From a virus: 64,000 nucleotides of DNA. A program made the translations under genes and the position numbers. Below, piece by piece: positions 38,647-48,000 of the stretch. The number at the start of each line of letters is the position of its first letter. Position 1 is the stretch's first letter. The stretch spans positions 123,123 through 187,122 of IMG/VR virus record IMGVR_UViG_3300025137_000014; one strand, given 5' to 3'. Below the pieces are notes generated by a model. It did no database searches. It was given only the letters and a program-made list of their open reading frames with translations, and was not told the DNA's origin.

Positions 38647-39365
38647 AATATAAAAACAGTAACCAGAGGACTAAAGACTATCTAGCTAGGTTTGATAAAA
38701 ATAAAGTTTTACAAAATTTGGTTGGTACTGATACTCCTATAATTATAGATATCGGTGCTAATATTGGACAAACTGTAGAAAAGTTAAAGACTATATGGGA
38801 AAAATCAGTAATACATTCTATAGAGCCTTTGCCGGACGCATATGAAGAACTATACTTGACAAAAGGTAAATTACCCGGTGTTTATGTATATAATACCGCT
38901 ATTGGTTCAATAAATGGTTGGCAAGAATTTAATGTTAACAAACATCAACCTATGCTCAGTGGATTTTATAAATTGAATTCAGATAGTAAAGATAGTATTG
39001 CTATCAACAAACCAGAGAAAGCACATAAGAATTTCTTACAATCTGAATCTATGCAATTTCCAGTGACAACGCTAGATAGATTTACAAGTGAAAATAATAT
39101 AGATAACATAGATATACTTAAAATGGATGCTCAAGGAGCCGAACCAGAGATATTAGAAAATGGAATTGAAACACTAAAGAATACCCGAATCGTTCTTACT
39201 GAATTGTCATTTTATGACTTATATGAAAAGCAGTGTAGTTTCTACGATATTGAGAAAACGTTGATTCCCTTGGGATTCGAACTATTTGATATCGCACATA
39301 TCAGCAAAAACCCAATGAATGGTCGTACAGATTGGGCAGATTTAATTTATATCAAAAAAAATTAA
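38643..39365 (+). CDS. FkbM-family SAM methyltransferase
   Basis: IDIGANIG, SIEP, TTLD, ILKMDAQGAE. Confidence 0.9.
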   Translation: MKYKNSNQRTKDYLARFDKNKVLQNLVGTDTPIIIDIGANIGQTVEKLKTIWEKSVIHSIEPLPDAYEELYLTKGKLPGVYVYNTAIGSINGWQEFNVNKHQPMLSGFYKLNSDSKDSIAINKPEKAHKNFLQSESMQFPVTTLDRFTSENNIDNIDILKMDAQGAEPEILENGIETLKNTRIVLTELSFYDLYEKQCSFYDIEKTLIPLGFELFDIAHISKNPMNGRTDWADLIYIKKN

Positions 39366-39373
39366 AAAAAGAC

Positions 39374-39402
39374 TTGACAATACCGAATCATTATGCTATA
39401 TT
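39374..39402 (+). promoter_or_regulatory. Strong sigma70 promoter with no downstream ORF
   Basis: TTGACA-17-TATATT with extended TG. Confidence 0.8.
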
Positions 39403-39407
39403 AATAA

Positions 39408-39719
39408 CATAAGCATCAGAGAGTTTAGCGACTTAATGATTGTAGTGCAAGGAAGAGGCCTTTACCAGAGGGTCGAACTTGACTAGCTAGGGGTGGTACC
39501 CAGGTTCAAAGCTGAGAGGCCAAGAGTCACATCGCTCTACCGAGCGGAACTAGGTTCCCTTATTTCAGATGGTATCTGTGTTATGGGGTTGTAGGTATAA
39601 CCGAATCCTACCTACTTTGCTTATATTTTATGATTGCAATACCAAGCAATCAAAAATTAAGAGACGGTTGGCAAACCATATTTTTACTCACTTTCATTCA
39701 GCCAACTGTCTCTTTTTTT
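39408..39719 (+). ncRNA. Candidate structured non-coding RNA of unknown class
   Basis: GC-richer than flanks; multiple stems (CGCTC-TACC-GAGCG, CAGAT-GGT-ATCTG, GGAAC-TAG-GTTCC, TGACT/AGTCA); 3' pseudoknot; own promoter and terminator. Confidence 0.65.
39661..39719 (+). terminator. 12-bp stem terminator between convergent units
   Basis: GAGACGGTTGGC...GCCAACTGTCTC followed by T7. Confidence 0.7.
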
Positions 39720-40545
39720 ATTTCCCTAACTTATCTAATGCTGAAATCATTCTAGTCATACCGATTCCGCCACCTACTCTTGGGAAGAAATCAAACTCTA
39801 AGAATTTTTCTAGTTCTGCTTCTACTCTTTCTTTAGAGAATAGTTTGTATAGTAATTCTGAATATTCACCATTTGCTATTGTGTGAAAAGTATCTCTCAT
39901 CATTGCTACATCACATGAACGTTCTGCGGATCCAATAGTTTCCATTCCACCTAATATTACATCTATTTTCTTACTTGTAGCTCCACCTTCATTTCTACTC
40001 ATATTCCAGAACGGAGATGTCATTTCAGGAAAATCTGTAATCATCGTTGAACCGAATTCTTCAAACATTTTAGTTTCGTGTTCTGCTTCCATTTCTATTG
40101 TTGGTTCTAAGTTATAGTGCTTTTGCCAATCAGCATATGTTCTTTCTTCTGGTTTAGAAAACATTAGATATTCACATAATTCATATTCCATCTTTTTCAA
40201 ATCATCAATGTCACCTGGCATTTCAAATTCAAACATTGGGAAGATTATATCATGTCTACCCGGAATAGCATTTGGTTCTTGTCTATAGGACGTGGAGACA
40301 CAAAAAAAGCCCTTACTATCGGGCTTAGAGAGTAATTCGTGTTCTAGCCACATTTGGCCTGTTTGGGGAAGTGGCCAGACCTGGTCTGCATAGTTATATG
40401 TTGCTACATTGAACGGGTCTTCACATGCCGCTAATATAGATAATCTGTTTTGGGTATGGACTTCTAAAAATCCTTTATCCAAAAAAAATGACCTTAAAAG
40501 GCCAACTGTTCTTGTAAATTTATCCGGAGATATTAATTGTGTCAT
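39718..40545 (-). CDS. Class II aaRS catalytic-domain-only protein (AsnRS/AspRS-like; possible asparagine synthetase)
   Basis: STSYRQE..RH motif 2, GGGIGMTR motif 3, GMETIGSAER; no anticodon-binding OB domain; start MTQLIS. Confidence 0.75.
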   Translation of the reverse strand: MTQLISPDKFTRTVGLLRSFFLDKGFLEVHTQNRLSILAACEDPFNVATYNYADQVWPLPQTGQMWLEHELLSKPDSKGFFCVSTSYRQEPNAIPGRHDIIFPMFEFEMPGDIDDLKKMEYELCEYLMFSKPEERTYADWQKHYNLEPTIEMEAEHETKMFEEFGSTMITDFPEMTSPFWNMSRNEGGATSKKIDVILGGMETIGSAERSCDVAMMRDTFHTIANGEYSELLYKLFSKERVEAELEKFLEFDFFPRVGGGIGMTRMISALDKLGK

Positions 40546-40694
40546 TTTCTTTTCCTTTTTGTTATCCAAAAAAAAATATAGCCAAAAAAAATTCTGGTAT
40601 TCGTTTTTTGTATTGCTTTTATTTATCAAAGTTATCAACAACACAATTAAAAATTGTATTGATTTATGTTTAATTATATGTTATCTTAATAAAT

Positions 40695-40770
40695 ATGAAC
40701 GTAACAATGGTGTTACTCCCAGGCAATAGTCGAGCCTGGTTCATTATGTGAGCAACGTGGTAAAGACGTT
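40695..40770 (+). promoter_or_regulatory. Candidate riboswitch / structured 5' leader
   Basis: Three-way junction ATGAA/TTCAT, GTAACA/TGTTAC, CCAGGC/GCCTGG plus AACGT/ACGTT hairpin, 20 nt before ATG. Confidence 0.55.
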
Positions 40771-40789
40771 AAGCAGAAAGAGATAAAAA

Positions 40790-41752
40790 ATGGACGCATT
40801 AACTTTATGGATGGCAATAGGATTTCTATTTGCCGCATATTCAGTAATCGCAAACGATTCAGTACAAACTCTTGGTACTTGGATTGCATCAAATAACGAA
40901 AAATTTAATTGGAAGATAATGTGGGGAGCCGCAAGTTCGGTACTGCTTTATACTTTGTGGTATGGTTGGTATACTAATGGCGGAGATATTAGTTACGGAC
41001 GATTAAACAAAATTCCATTTCAAGAAATACAATGGTATCATGCCGCCGCACCAGGCTTACTATTGATATTAACAAGAATAGGTGTACCAGTGAGTACAAG
41101 TTTCTTAGTGCTAAGTGCATTTGCTAGTACATTTGTATTAGAAAAGATGCTAGTCAAATCAATGATGGGTTATGCAGTTGCGGCTGTGGCGGCTTATATT
41201 ATTTGGATAGGAGTTACTAAGATACTAAACGAAGCAAAGCCTGTTAAAGAAGAACACAAGAAAGCATGGCGTGTAGCACAATGGGTAACAACAGGCTTTT
41301 TATGGTTCACTTGGCTATCACATGACATGGCAAATATTGCAGTATTCTTGCCAAGAGAAATACCTTGGGACTTAATGGTGCTAGTAAGTGCAGTGTTTGT
41401 AATAGGACTAGGATATATGTTCCGTGAAGGCGGAGGTAAGATACAAAACATTGTAATTGAAAAGCACAACACAAGATATGTACGTTCAGCAACTATTATT
41501 GATTGTGTATACTTTCTAATACTATTGTTCTTTAAAGAAATAAACGATATACCTATGTCAACAACATGGGTGTTTGTAGGTTTACTTTGTGGACGTGAAC
41601 TAGCTATGGCAACTATGACAGGCAAAGAAAAGTTTAAAACAGTATTTCCTTTGATTACTAAAGACTTTATCAAAATGATGATAGGTTTGGGTGCATCAGT
41701 AGGTGTAGTTTTAGCAATTCATTATGTAATTGTACCAAATGGGTTACACTAG
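40790..41752 (+). CDS. PiT/PHO4-like inorganic phosphate (or anion) transporter
   Basis: About 10 TM segments; repeated signature ANDSVQT and SHDMANI (GANDVAN-like); PVSTS and PMSTT. Confidence 0.65.
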   Translation: MDALTLWMAIGFLFAAYSVIANDSVQTLGTWIASNNEKFNWKIMWGAASSVLLYTLWYGWYTNGGDISYGRLNKIPFQEIQWYHAAAPGLLLILTRIGVPVSTSFLVLSAFASTFVLEKMLVKSMMGYAVAAVAAYIIWIGVTKILNEAKPVKEEHKKAWRVAQWVTTGFLWFTWLSHDMANIAVFLPREIPWDLMVLVSAVFVIGLGYMFREGGGKIQNIVIEKHNTRYVRSATIIDCVYFLILLFFKEINDIPMSTTWVFVGLLCGRELAMATMTGKEKFKTVFPLITKDFIKMMIGLGASVGVVLAIHYVIVPNGLH

Positions 41753-41854
41753 ATAAATAACTTTATAGAACACAACTAATAAGTACGACCAAATTTATAA
41801 GTATGTCGGACACTGCGTAACACATTCTGACATTCCACATAACAATTTTTGGAG

Positions 41855-41876
41855 CCCATTCTTCGGAGTGGGTTTT
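41855..41876 (+). terminator. UUCG-capped terminator
   Basis: CCCATTC-TTCG-GAGTGGG-TTTT. Confidence 0.75.
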
Positions 41877-41912
41877 CCATTTGTATCTGTGACATAAATG
41901 ATAAATACATAT

Positions 41913-42848
41913 ATGCGTTATTCAGATATCATAGAAGGCAAACTTACAGGAGGGGATCTTTTAAAGGATCGTCAAAGGTTAGCCAACTTTATTAAAAAAT
42001 ACGAAACAGGTCAACCATTCGTAGCAGTGGGTGGTGACACTCCTACAATTAAATTAAAAAAAGATGATGAAGTTTTAAAAGATTTAAAACAAGGTATTTT
42101 TCCTGCATCATTTGAAACAGTAGATGGCAAAATAATAAGACTTTCAGGCTTAGAAAAAACAAGTGAGTTTGGAGGCAGAGGCGCTGGATTTTCAACACGT
42201 GATGAAGATGCCGCACTTGGTAGTATTAATCAAATGTTTGCAAAATTAAAAGGTAATGAATCAGAAATACCTTTGGTTATAGGTAACAGAACAGTTAATG
42301 TTGCTAAGTTTGTTACAACACGTGGAACACCTAAATCTGATTTTCATGCAGTGGATGCCTCAGGCAATGAAGTTGCTTGGGTATCTCATAAAAAAGGTTC
42401 TAAAGCAAAAGATTTTGGACAATGGGGTGGGGTATCGGATAGAGAACTTGCTATTGTTTATAAACATGCACCAGAAATTAAAGATGAAGTAGATTCATTT
42501 GTACAAGCACTTAGAAAAATATCTCCAAATGAAGAATTCCCTAAAGGATCAACCTTTGCCAGAAAACTAAAAGATGGTAGACTACGTGGTATTGCTATTT
42601 ATGGTGTTGGTTGGGGCGGAAAAACAGGACCTCAGAACGTAGATTTAGTACTACAAGGTGACCCACAGTTTGACGGTAATCGTTTAGTTGCTACAGGGTC
42701 TGCACATGCAAACAAAGAAAGACTTGAAGGCGATTTTGAACCAGTATTAATGGCTAGATATTCAAGCGATAGAAACAATTTTGGTATTAAAGGCGCACGT
42801 GTAGGAGTTTATCCTGCAGGCGGCAGAAAAGTAACAAAATATATCTAA
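41913..42848 (+). CDS. Hypothetical protein, possible restriction-endonuclease-like fold
   Basis: PKSDF...WVSHKK resembles a PD-(D/E/S)xK variant; start 5 nt after GATAAATA. Confidence 0.45.
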   Translation: MRYSDIIEGKLTGGDLLKDRQRLANFIKKYETGQPFVAVGGDTPTIKLKKDDEVLKDLKQGIFPASFETVDGKIIRLSGLEKTSEFGGRGAGFSTRDEDAALGSINQMFAKLKGNESEIPLVIGNRTVNVAKFVTTRGTPKSDFHAVDASGNEVAWVSHKKGSKAKDFGQWGGVSDRELAIVYKHAPEIKDEVDSFVQALRKISPNEEFPKGSTFARKLKDGRLRGIAIYGVGWGGKTGPQNVDLVLQGDPQFDGNRLVATGSAHANKERLEGDFEPVLMARYSSDRNNFGIKGARVGVYPAGGRKVTKYI

Positions 42849-42949
42849 AAATCCCTATATTATCTCACTTTTTTATCTATTAAAAACTTGACAGAACCAC
42901 CTTTATCCTGTATACTATGAGTATATTAATCAAAAGAGAGGTTTATAAA

Positions 42950-43465
42950 ATGAGAAAATATATTATTGCGTTGATTGGTTCTGTTATGTTGTTATCTACA
43001 ACTGCAAATGCCAATACAACTAGAGTACAAGTTGAAACTATCTCAAGTAATGCTATTACGCAACAAGTAGTTCAAAAAACACCTTCACAACAATGTAACA
43101 TAGTTGATGTACCTATTTACAGTACACAAAACAATGCTAGTTCAGGTGATGTATTATTTGGTGCTATTATTGGTGGTGTAATAGGTAATCAGTTTGGTAA
43201 AGGTAAAGGCAACGATGCGGCTACGGCTTTAGGTGCTATTATTGGTGCAGATGCGGCTAATAAGAAAAAATCTTCACAGACTATTGTAGGTTACAAGCAA
43301 GTACAACAATGTAACGTAATCTATATTGAAACAGTTACAGATAAGGTTGTAGGATATAATACTACATTCAGAGATAATAACGGACAAACATATGTGTATC
43401 AGACTGGTTCACAATGGAAAGTCGGTACTATTGCATTCTTAAACGTTACAACAACACTAAATTAA
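42950..43465 (+). CDS. Secreted glycine-zipper 2TM protein
   Basis: Signal peptide; GAIIGGVIGNQFG...ATALGAIIG. Confidence 0.8.
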   Translation: MRKYIIALIGSVMLLSTTANANTTRVQVETISSNAITQQVVQKTPSQQCNIVDVPIYSTQNNASSGDVLFGAIIGGVIGNQFGKGKGNDAATALGAIIGADAANKKKSSQTIVGYKQVQQCNVIYIETVTDKVVGYNTTFRDNNGQTYVYQTGSQWKVGTIAFLNVTTTLN

Positions 43466-43567
43466 ATACTAAATCAGTACTAAGCTATACGAAAGTATAA
43501 CGTAGAAGTTAAATTCTCCTTCCTATTTAGATAAATACAGATGAGGTCTACTAAGAAGGAGAATATT

Positions 43568-45118
43568 ATGTTATTTCCAATTATCACCTTTGCTACGGCT
43601 ATTGCGATAGCTTTTATAGCCGCGTGGTTTTCAATCGTCGGACTTATGGCGATTTTTGCCGCCTCAGCAATACCAGTAGCATTAATGGCAGGTTCACTTG
43701 AAGTCGGCAAACTTATTGCCGCCTCATGGGTGTACCGTAATTGGAAGAGGGCTCCATTTCTATTAAAATTTTATTTGACAATAGCAGTTGTCGTATTGAT
43801 GTTCATCACTAGCATGGGTATTTTCGGTTTCTTATCGAAAGCACACCTAGAACAAGCCGCTCAGGGAACGGCTAACATTGCCAAGGTTGAACGTATTGAT
43901 AACGATATTATCAGGTTTAATTCAATAATAGAACGTACTGAAATCAAGATAGCTAAACTTGAGAATGAAACTAGTGATGATTCATCAGATGTCAATGCAC
44001 AGATTGATGCAGAGCAAAAACGTATGGATAATGCGTATGCTCGTATTCAGCCTGCGATTGATGAACAGTTAAACATCATTAAACAAGAACAGAAAGGTTC
44101 TGAGGACCAAGTAAAGTCGTATACTGACCAGATTAATCGTATTGACGATACTTTAGCTAAGATACAATCTTATGCTGAAAATGTCGATAATCCAGATAAT
44201 GTGAAAAAGATACAGGCTATGATTGGTACGAAAGTAGATGGAAAGTACGGATATATTACTGCTGGCAAAGTTACTAAGTATATTGAGAAATCAAATGCTG
44301 ATAAAGAAAAACTAATTGCTATTGTAGAAGATATTCGTAATTCAGTAAACACAGATATTATCGACCAGGCACGTGAAGAAATAAAACGTTTACGTGGTAT
44401 GGCAGACAGAGAAATTCAAAATGCACAAGATAATATTAATCGTCTACGAAATGTGTTAACACAAGTAGGAGAAATTGACAATACAGATGAGATAGATACT
44501 TTAGTTTTAAAGGTGTCAAATACGGAGCAGGAAATCGAAGTTCTTTATGATGAGAAATTCGAATTAGAAAGTGAAGTTAGACAACTTGAAGCAGAAGTAG
44601 GACCAATCAAGTATATTGCAGAATTAATATATGGAGAAACTAATCCCACTATTATTGATTCGGCTGTACGTTGGTTAATTATCGTCTTTATTTTTGTATT
44701 TGACCCATTGGCTGTTATTCTGTTGATTGCGGCAAACTATAGTTTTGCTAATAGAAACAATAATGAAGGCAGACAACAAGAAATGTTTGAAGGACTTTTT
44801 CACAAAAATGAAAAGAAAACGCTTGACAAAACGACCTCAATGAGCGATAATAAAGATATTGATTTAAATACAGAAACGAATGAAACTGTTGATGAAATCA
44901 AAGATGAAATTAAAGATGAAGAAGTTATAGAAAATATGGAAGAAGTTAAATCAGAAGATAAAAAGACTGGCGGTGTATATTTAGACCCAGCCGAAATTGA
45001 TTTAAAGAACATTGATGAGAAATCATTAAAAGAAATTAAATCAAAAGTAGAAAGGGAAATAAATACTAAAGCAGAGAAAAGGTCTGGCTGGTTAGATGAT
45101 TTAAGTAATGGTAAATAA
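43568..45118 (+). CDS. Membrane-anchored long coiled-coil protein
   Basis: Three N-terminal TM segments, coiled coil, FVFDPLAV TM, acidic tail. Confidence 0.7.
   Translation: MLFPIITFATAIAIAFIAAWFSIVGLMAIFAASAIPVALMAGSLEVGKLIAASWVYRNWKRAPFLLKFYLTIAVVVLMFITSMGIFGFLSKAHLEQAAQGTANIAKVERIDNDIIRFNSIIERTEIKIAKLENETSDDSSDVNAQIDAEQKRMDNAYARIQPAIDEQLNIIKQEQKGSEDQVKSYTDQINRIDDTLAKIQSYAENVDNPDNVKKIQAMIGTKVDGKYGYITAGKVTKYIEKSNADKEKLIAIVEDIRNSVNTDIIDQAREEIKRLRGMADREIQNAQDNINRLRNVLTQVGEIDNTDEIDTLVLKVSNTEQEIEVLYDEKFELESEVRQLEAEVGPIKYIAELIYGETNPTIIDSAVRWLIIVFIFVFDPLAVILLIAANYSFANRNNNEGRQQEMFEGLFHKNEKKTLDKTTSMSDNKDIDLNTETNETVDEIKDEIKDEEVIENMEEVKSEDKKTGGVYLDPAEIDLKNIDEKSLKEIKSKVEREINTKAEKRSGWLDDLSNGK
44823..44851 (+). 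promoter_or_regulatory. Intragenic sigma70 promoter upstream of clpX
   Basis: TTGACA-17-GATAAT inside the CDS. Confidence 0.55.
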
Positions 45119-45135
45119 TAAAGAAAGCATAAACA

Positions 45136-46407
45136 TTGTCAGATAAAAAAGATTATCATTGTTCATTTTGTGGAAAGCACAAGAATGAAATTAGTACATT
45201 AATTGCAGGTCCGGCAACGTATATCTGTAATGAGTGTATTGACCTATGTCATTCTATTGTACATGAACGCAAGGATGTAACTAAAAAATCTAAAACTGTA
45301 AACAGTGACACTCCGACACCTGATGAAATTAATGAGTTTTTGAATGCTCATGTAATTGGTCAGGAAGAAGCTAAAGAAGTCTTGAGTGTGGCTGTTTACA
45401 ATCATTATAAAAGAATTTCACAACCAGAAGACGATGATGTAGAATTAGAGAAATCTAATGTAATGATGCTTGGTCCTTCTGGTACAGGTAAAACACTCTT
45501 AGCGAAAACAATCGCAAAGTTTTTAGATGTTCCTTTCGCACAAGTTGATGCGACCACATTAACAGAAAGTGGCTATGTAGGTGAAGATGTTGAGAATGTA
45601 ATTCAACGTTTACTTATGTCCTCTGATTTTGAGATTAAGAAAGCAGAACAAGGTATTATCTATATCGATGAAATAGATAAGAAAGCTAAAAAGGGTGAAA
45701 GTATTTCTATCACTAAAGATGTTAGTGGTGAAGGTGTTCAACAAGCCTTACTAAAAATTGTTGAAGGTACGGTTGTTCGTGTTCCGCCAGGTGGTGGAAG
45801 AAAACATCCCGGTGCAGAAATGCTTGAAGTTGATACAAGCAAAATATTATTCATTGTTGGTGGTGCATTTGTAGGACTTGATAAAGTAATTAAACGAAGA
45901 TTGAATGCTAATGGTTCAATTGGTTTTGGTGCTAGAGTTATGTCACAAGACAACAATGATATGAAAGTATCCCAAGAAGTATTGCCAGAAGATGTAATTA
46001 AATATGGTATTATTCCAGAATTTATGGGACGTTTTCCAATACTAGTAGGTATTAATGACTTAACAGAAATTGAGTTAAGCCGAATACTAACAGAGCCAAA
46101 GAATAATTTAACTGCACAATTTAAAAAGATTTTTAAACTAGACGGTGTAGATTTGAATTTTACTGAGGACGCAATAACAGAAATCTCTAAAATGGCAAAA
46201 ACAAATAAGACAGGAGCAAGAGGTCTTAGAAGTGTTTTAGAAAAGTCATTATTAAAACTACAATTCAAATTACCTAAGCTATCAAAGAATGCTGGCTTAA
46301 CGTCTGTTGAAATTACTGGTGACTTTATCAAAAACAAATCAGATCCAATTTTGGTATTTAAGGATGTTGTAGAGGAAACAAAAAATATAAATGAAAAGAA
46401 ACTTTAA
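45136..46407 (+). CDS. clpX: ATP-dependent Clp protease ATP-binding subunit
   Basis: CSFC..C..C zinc domain, [21 protein letters not shown] loop, GARGLR. Confidence 0.97.
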   Translation: MSDKKDYHCSFCGKHKNEISTLIAGPATYICNECIDLCHSIVHERKDVTKKSKTVNSDTPTPDEINEFLNAHVIGQEEAKEVLSVAVYNHYKRISQPEDDDVELEKSNVMMLGPSGTGKTLLAKTIAKFLDVPFAQVDATTLTESGYVGEDVENVIQRLLMSSDFEIKKAEQGIIYIDEIDKKAKKGESISITKDVSGEGVQQALLKIVEGTVVRVPPGGGRKHPGAEMLEVDTSKILFIVGGAFVGLDKVIKRRLNANGSIGFGARVMSQDNNDMKVSQEVLPEDVIKYGIIPEFMGRFPILVGINDLTEIELSRILTEPKNNLTAQFKKIFKLDGVDLNFTEDAITEISKMAKTNKTGARGLRSVLEKSLLKLQFKLPKLSKNAGLTSVEITGDFIKNKSDPILVFKDVVEETKNINEKKL

Positions 46408-46933
46408 GGAAGAAGGGCGAAAGCCTTTCGTCATTGCCAATCAACGTATTCGTGCAGACGAGTTACGTGTGGTAACAGACCAAGGTGAACAACTTGGTGT
46501 CATGCAAAAAGATGAAGCACAACAAAAGGCTGATGCCGAAGGACTAGATTTAGTTCTGATTGTTCCTAATGCAAATCCTCCAGTAGCAAAGATTATTAGT
46601 ATTAATAAATACAACTACGAAATTAAAAAACGTGACAAAGAGAAGGCAAAATTAGCCAGACAAAGTTTAGTTGAAGTTAAAGAAGTTAAGTTTAGACCAG
46701 CTATAGGTGAGAACGACCTAAAGATGAAACTTATGCAGGTTCAAAAGTTTATTGACAAAGGCAATAAAGTAAAAGTGACAATACAAATGAGAGGCAGAGA
46801 GAATTCTAAATCAAGTGAAGTTTTAGATTTCTTCAATTCCCAAATCTCTGAGTACTTAAGTAGTTTTAAGTATGACCTCCCTCTAAAAACTAATGGGAAT
46901 AGAATAATAGGTATAGTAATAAAAAATGACTAG
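46391..46933 (+). CDS. infC: Translation initiation factor IF-3
   Basis: [42 protein letters not shown]. Confidence 0.93.
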   Translation: MKRNFKEEGRKPFVIANQRIRADELRVVTDQGEQLGVMQKDEAQQKADAEGLDLVLIVPNANPPVAKIISINKYNYEIKKRDKEKAKLARQSLVEVKEVKFRPAIGENDLKMKLMQVQKFIDKGNKVKVTIQMRGRENSKSSEVLDFFNSQISEYLSSFKYDLPLKTNGNRIIGIVIKND

Positions 46934-47201
46934 TTACAATAATAGTTATAAAAGCAGAAATAACAGAAATGACAGGAACGATTTTACACAAACAGGAAAA
47001 TCAGGCCTAACAGTACATGTAAGAGACGGACAATTCGAAAGAGCATTAAGAAAGTTCAAAAAGAAAGTCCAAGAACACGGCATTATACAAGAGGTGCGTG
47101 ACAGAAAGGCTTATGTTAAACCAAGTGAAATTAAACGTAAAGCTAAGGACGCCGGCAAAAAGCGTTGGTACAGAAAAAGAAAAGAGAGTGAATTCCAATA
47201 A
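46926..47201 (+). CDS. rpsU: Ribosomal protein bS21
   Basis: VHVRDGQFERALRKFKKKV..GIIQEVRDRKAYVKPSE. Confidence 0.9.
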   Translation: MTSYNNSYKSRNNRNDRNDFTQTGKSGLTVHVRDGQFERALRKFKKKVQEHGIIQEVRDRKAYVKPSEIKRKAKDAGKKRWYRKRKESEFQ

Positions 47202-47202
47202 A

Positions 47203-47226
47203 AAAGGGGAACCTAAGTCCCCCTTT
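47203..47226. terminator. Bidirectional terminator
   Basis: AAAGGGGAAC-CTAA-GTCCCCCTTT between convergent genes. Confidence 0.7.
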
Positions 47227-47248
47227 AAATATTAATGATTAGTTTTTA

Positions 47249-47566
47249 TTAGAACAAATGATTATCAGAGAATTCTTCAAAAATTGGTTGACTATCTGTA
47301 AATGCAGACATTTGAGAACCGATATCGGTTTCAATCGCAGTCATAGTTTCGTTATTTGGGTAAACAACGGTAACCATGCCTTCAAATTTATCAGTAGTCA
47401 ATTCTTCTTTATATTTTGTAGCATCGTTCAAGTCTATGCCGTTATCAGAAAGAATTGTTCTCATAAGGGTATAGTATGAATCGTAGTTATTCTCAGAAAT
47501 CAGTTGTGCATTATCATCATATTGTTTTACAATATGTGGATAAAATACTTTAGTTTCTTTAATCAT
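47249..47566 (-). CDS. Hypothetical acidic protein
   Basis: 105 aa, GGAGG RBS, late motif upstream. Confidence 0.65.
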   Translation of the reverse strand: MIKETKVFYPHIVKQYDDNAQLISENNYDSYYTLMRTILSDNGIDLNDATKYKEELTTDKFEGMVTVVYPNNETMTAIETDIGSQMSAFTDSQPIFEEFSDNHLF

Positions 47567-47636
47567 AATAGGTGGCCTCCTAAAAATACTGTTTGATTAT
47601 ATACTTATTTATCAAAAAACATAGAAGGATATTAAA

Positions 47637-47882
47637 TTGACCATAGATTTAGACAAATTATCATTAAGAGAACTGCAACAAGAAAGCACTAGAGCATTGC
47701 TTACGCAGGACGGTACTAGTGGTGGTATATCAAAATATAACAAAAAAGCTAATCATAATAGTCAACTTTGGTACAAAGCAGTCCTAGAAGACTATATTGA
47801 GAAATATGGCGGTCTTCCTTGTGATGCAGGACCTTCGAAGGGAATTGTACTTTTTTCAGAAAAACTTGAGAAAAAGACTTGA
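47637..47882 (+). CDS. Hypothetical protein
   Basis: 81 aa, TTG start, AAGGA RBS. Confidence 0.55.
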   Translation: MTIDLDKLSLRELQQESTRALLTQDGTSGGISKYNKKANHNSQLWYKAVLEDYIEKYGGLPCDAGPSKGIVLFSEKLEKKT

Positions 47883-48000
47883 CATTTCTACCATTAATGA
47901 TTATATTATAATATGTACATATATTATGTATAAATAACTATGTAGATTGCTTTAGATAGGATCTACATTTAAATCAACTTGCTTAACAAAGGAGTAAACA

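Noticed and set aside
39569-39886. 105-aa plus-strand ORF downstream of the 39374 promoter
   Set aside because: No SD, starts inside the structured RNA, crosses a terminator and overlaps the aaRS-like gene antisense
40550-40612. A/T homopolymer runs upstream of the aaRS-like gene (phase variation or attenuator)
   Set aside because: Non-coding AT-rich leader; no leader peptide rich in Asn/Asp and no competing stems
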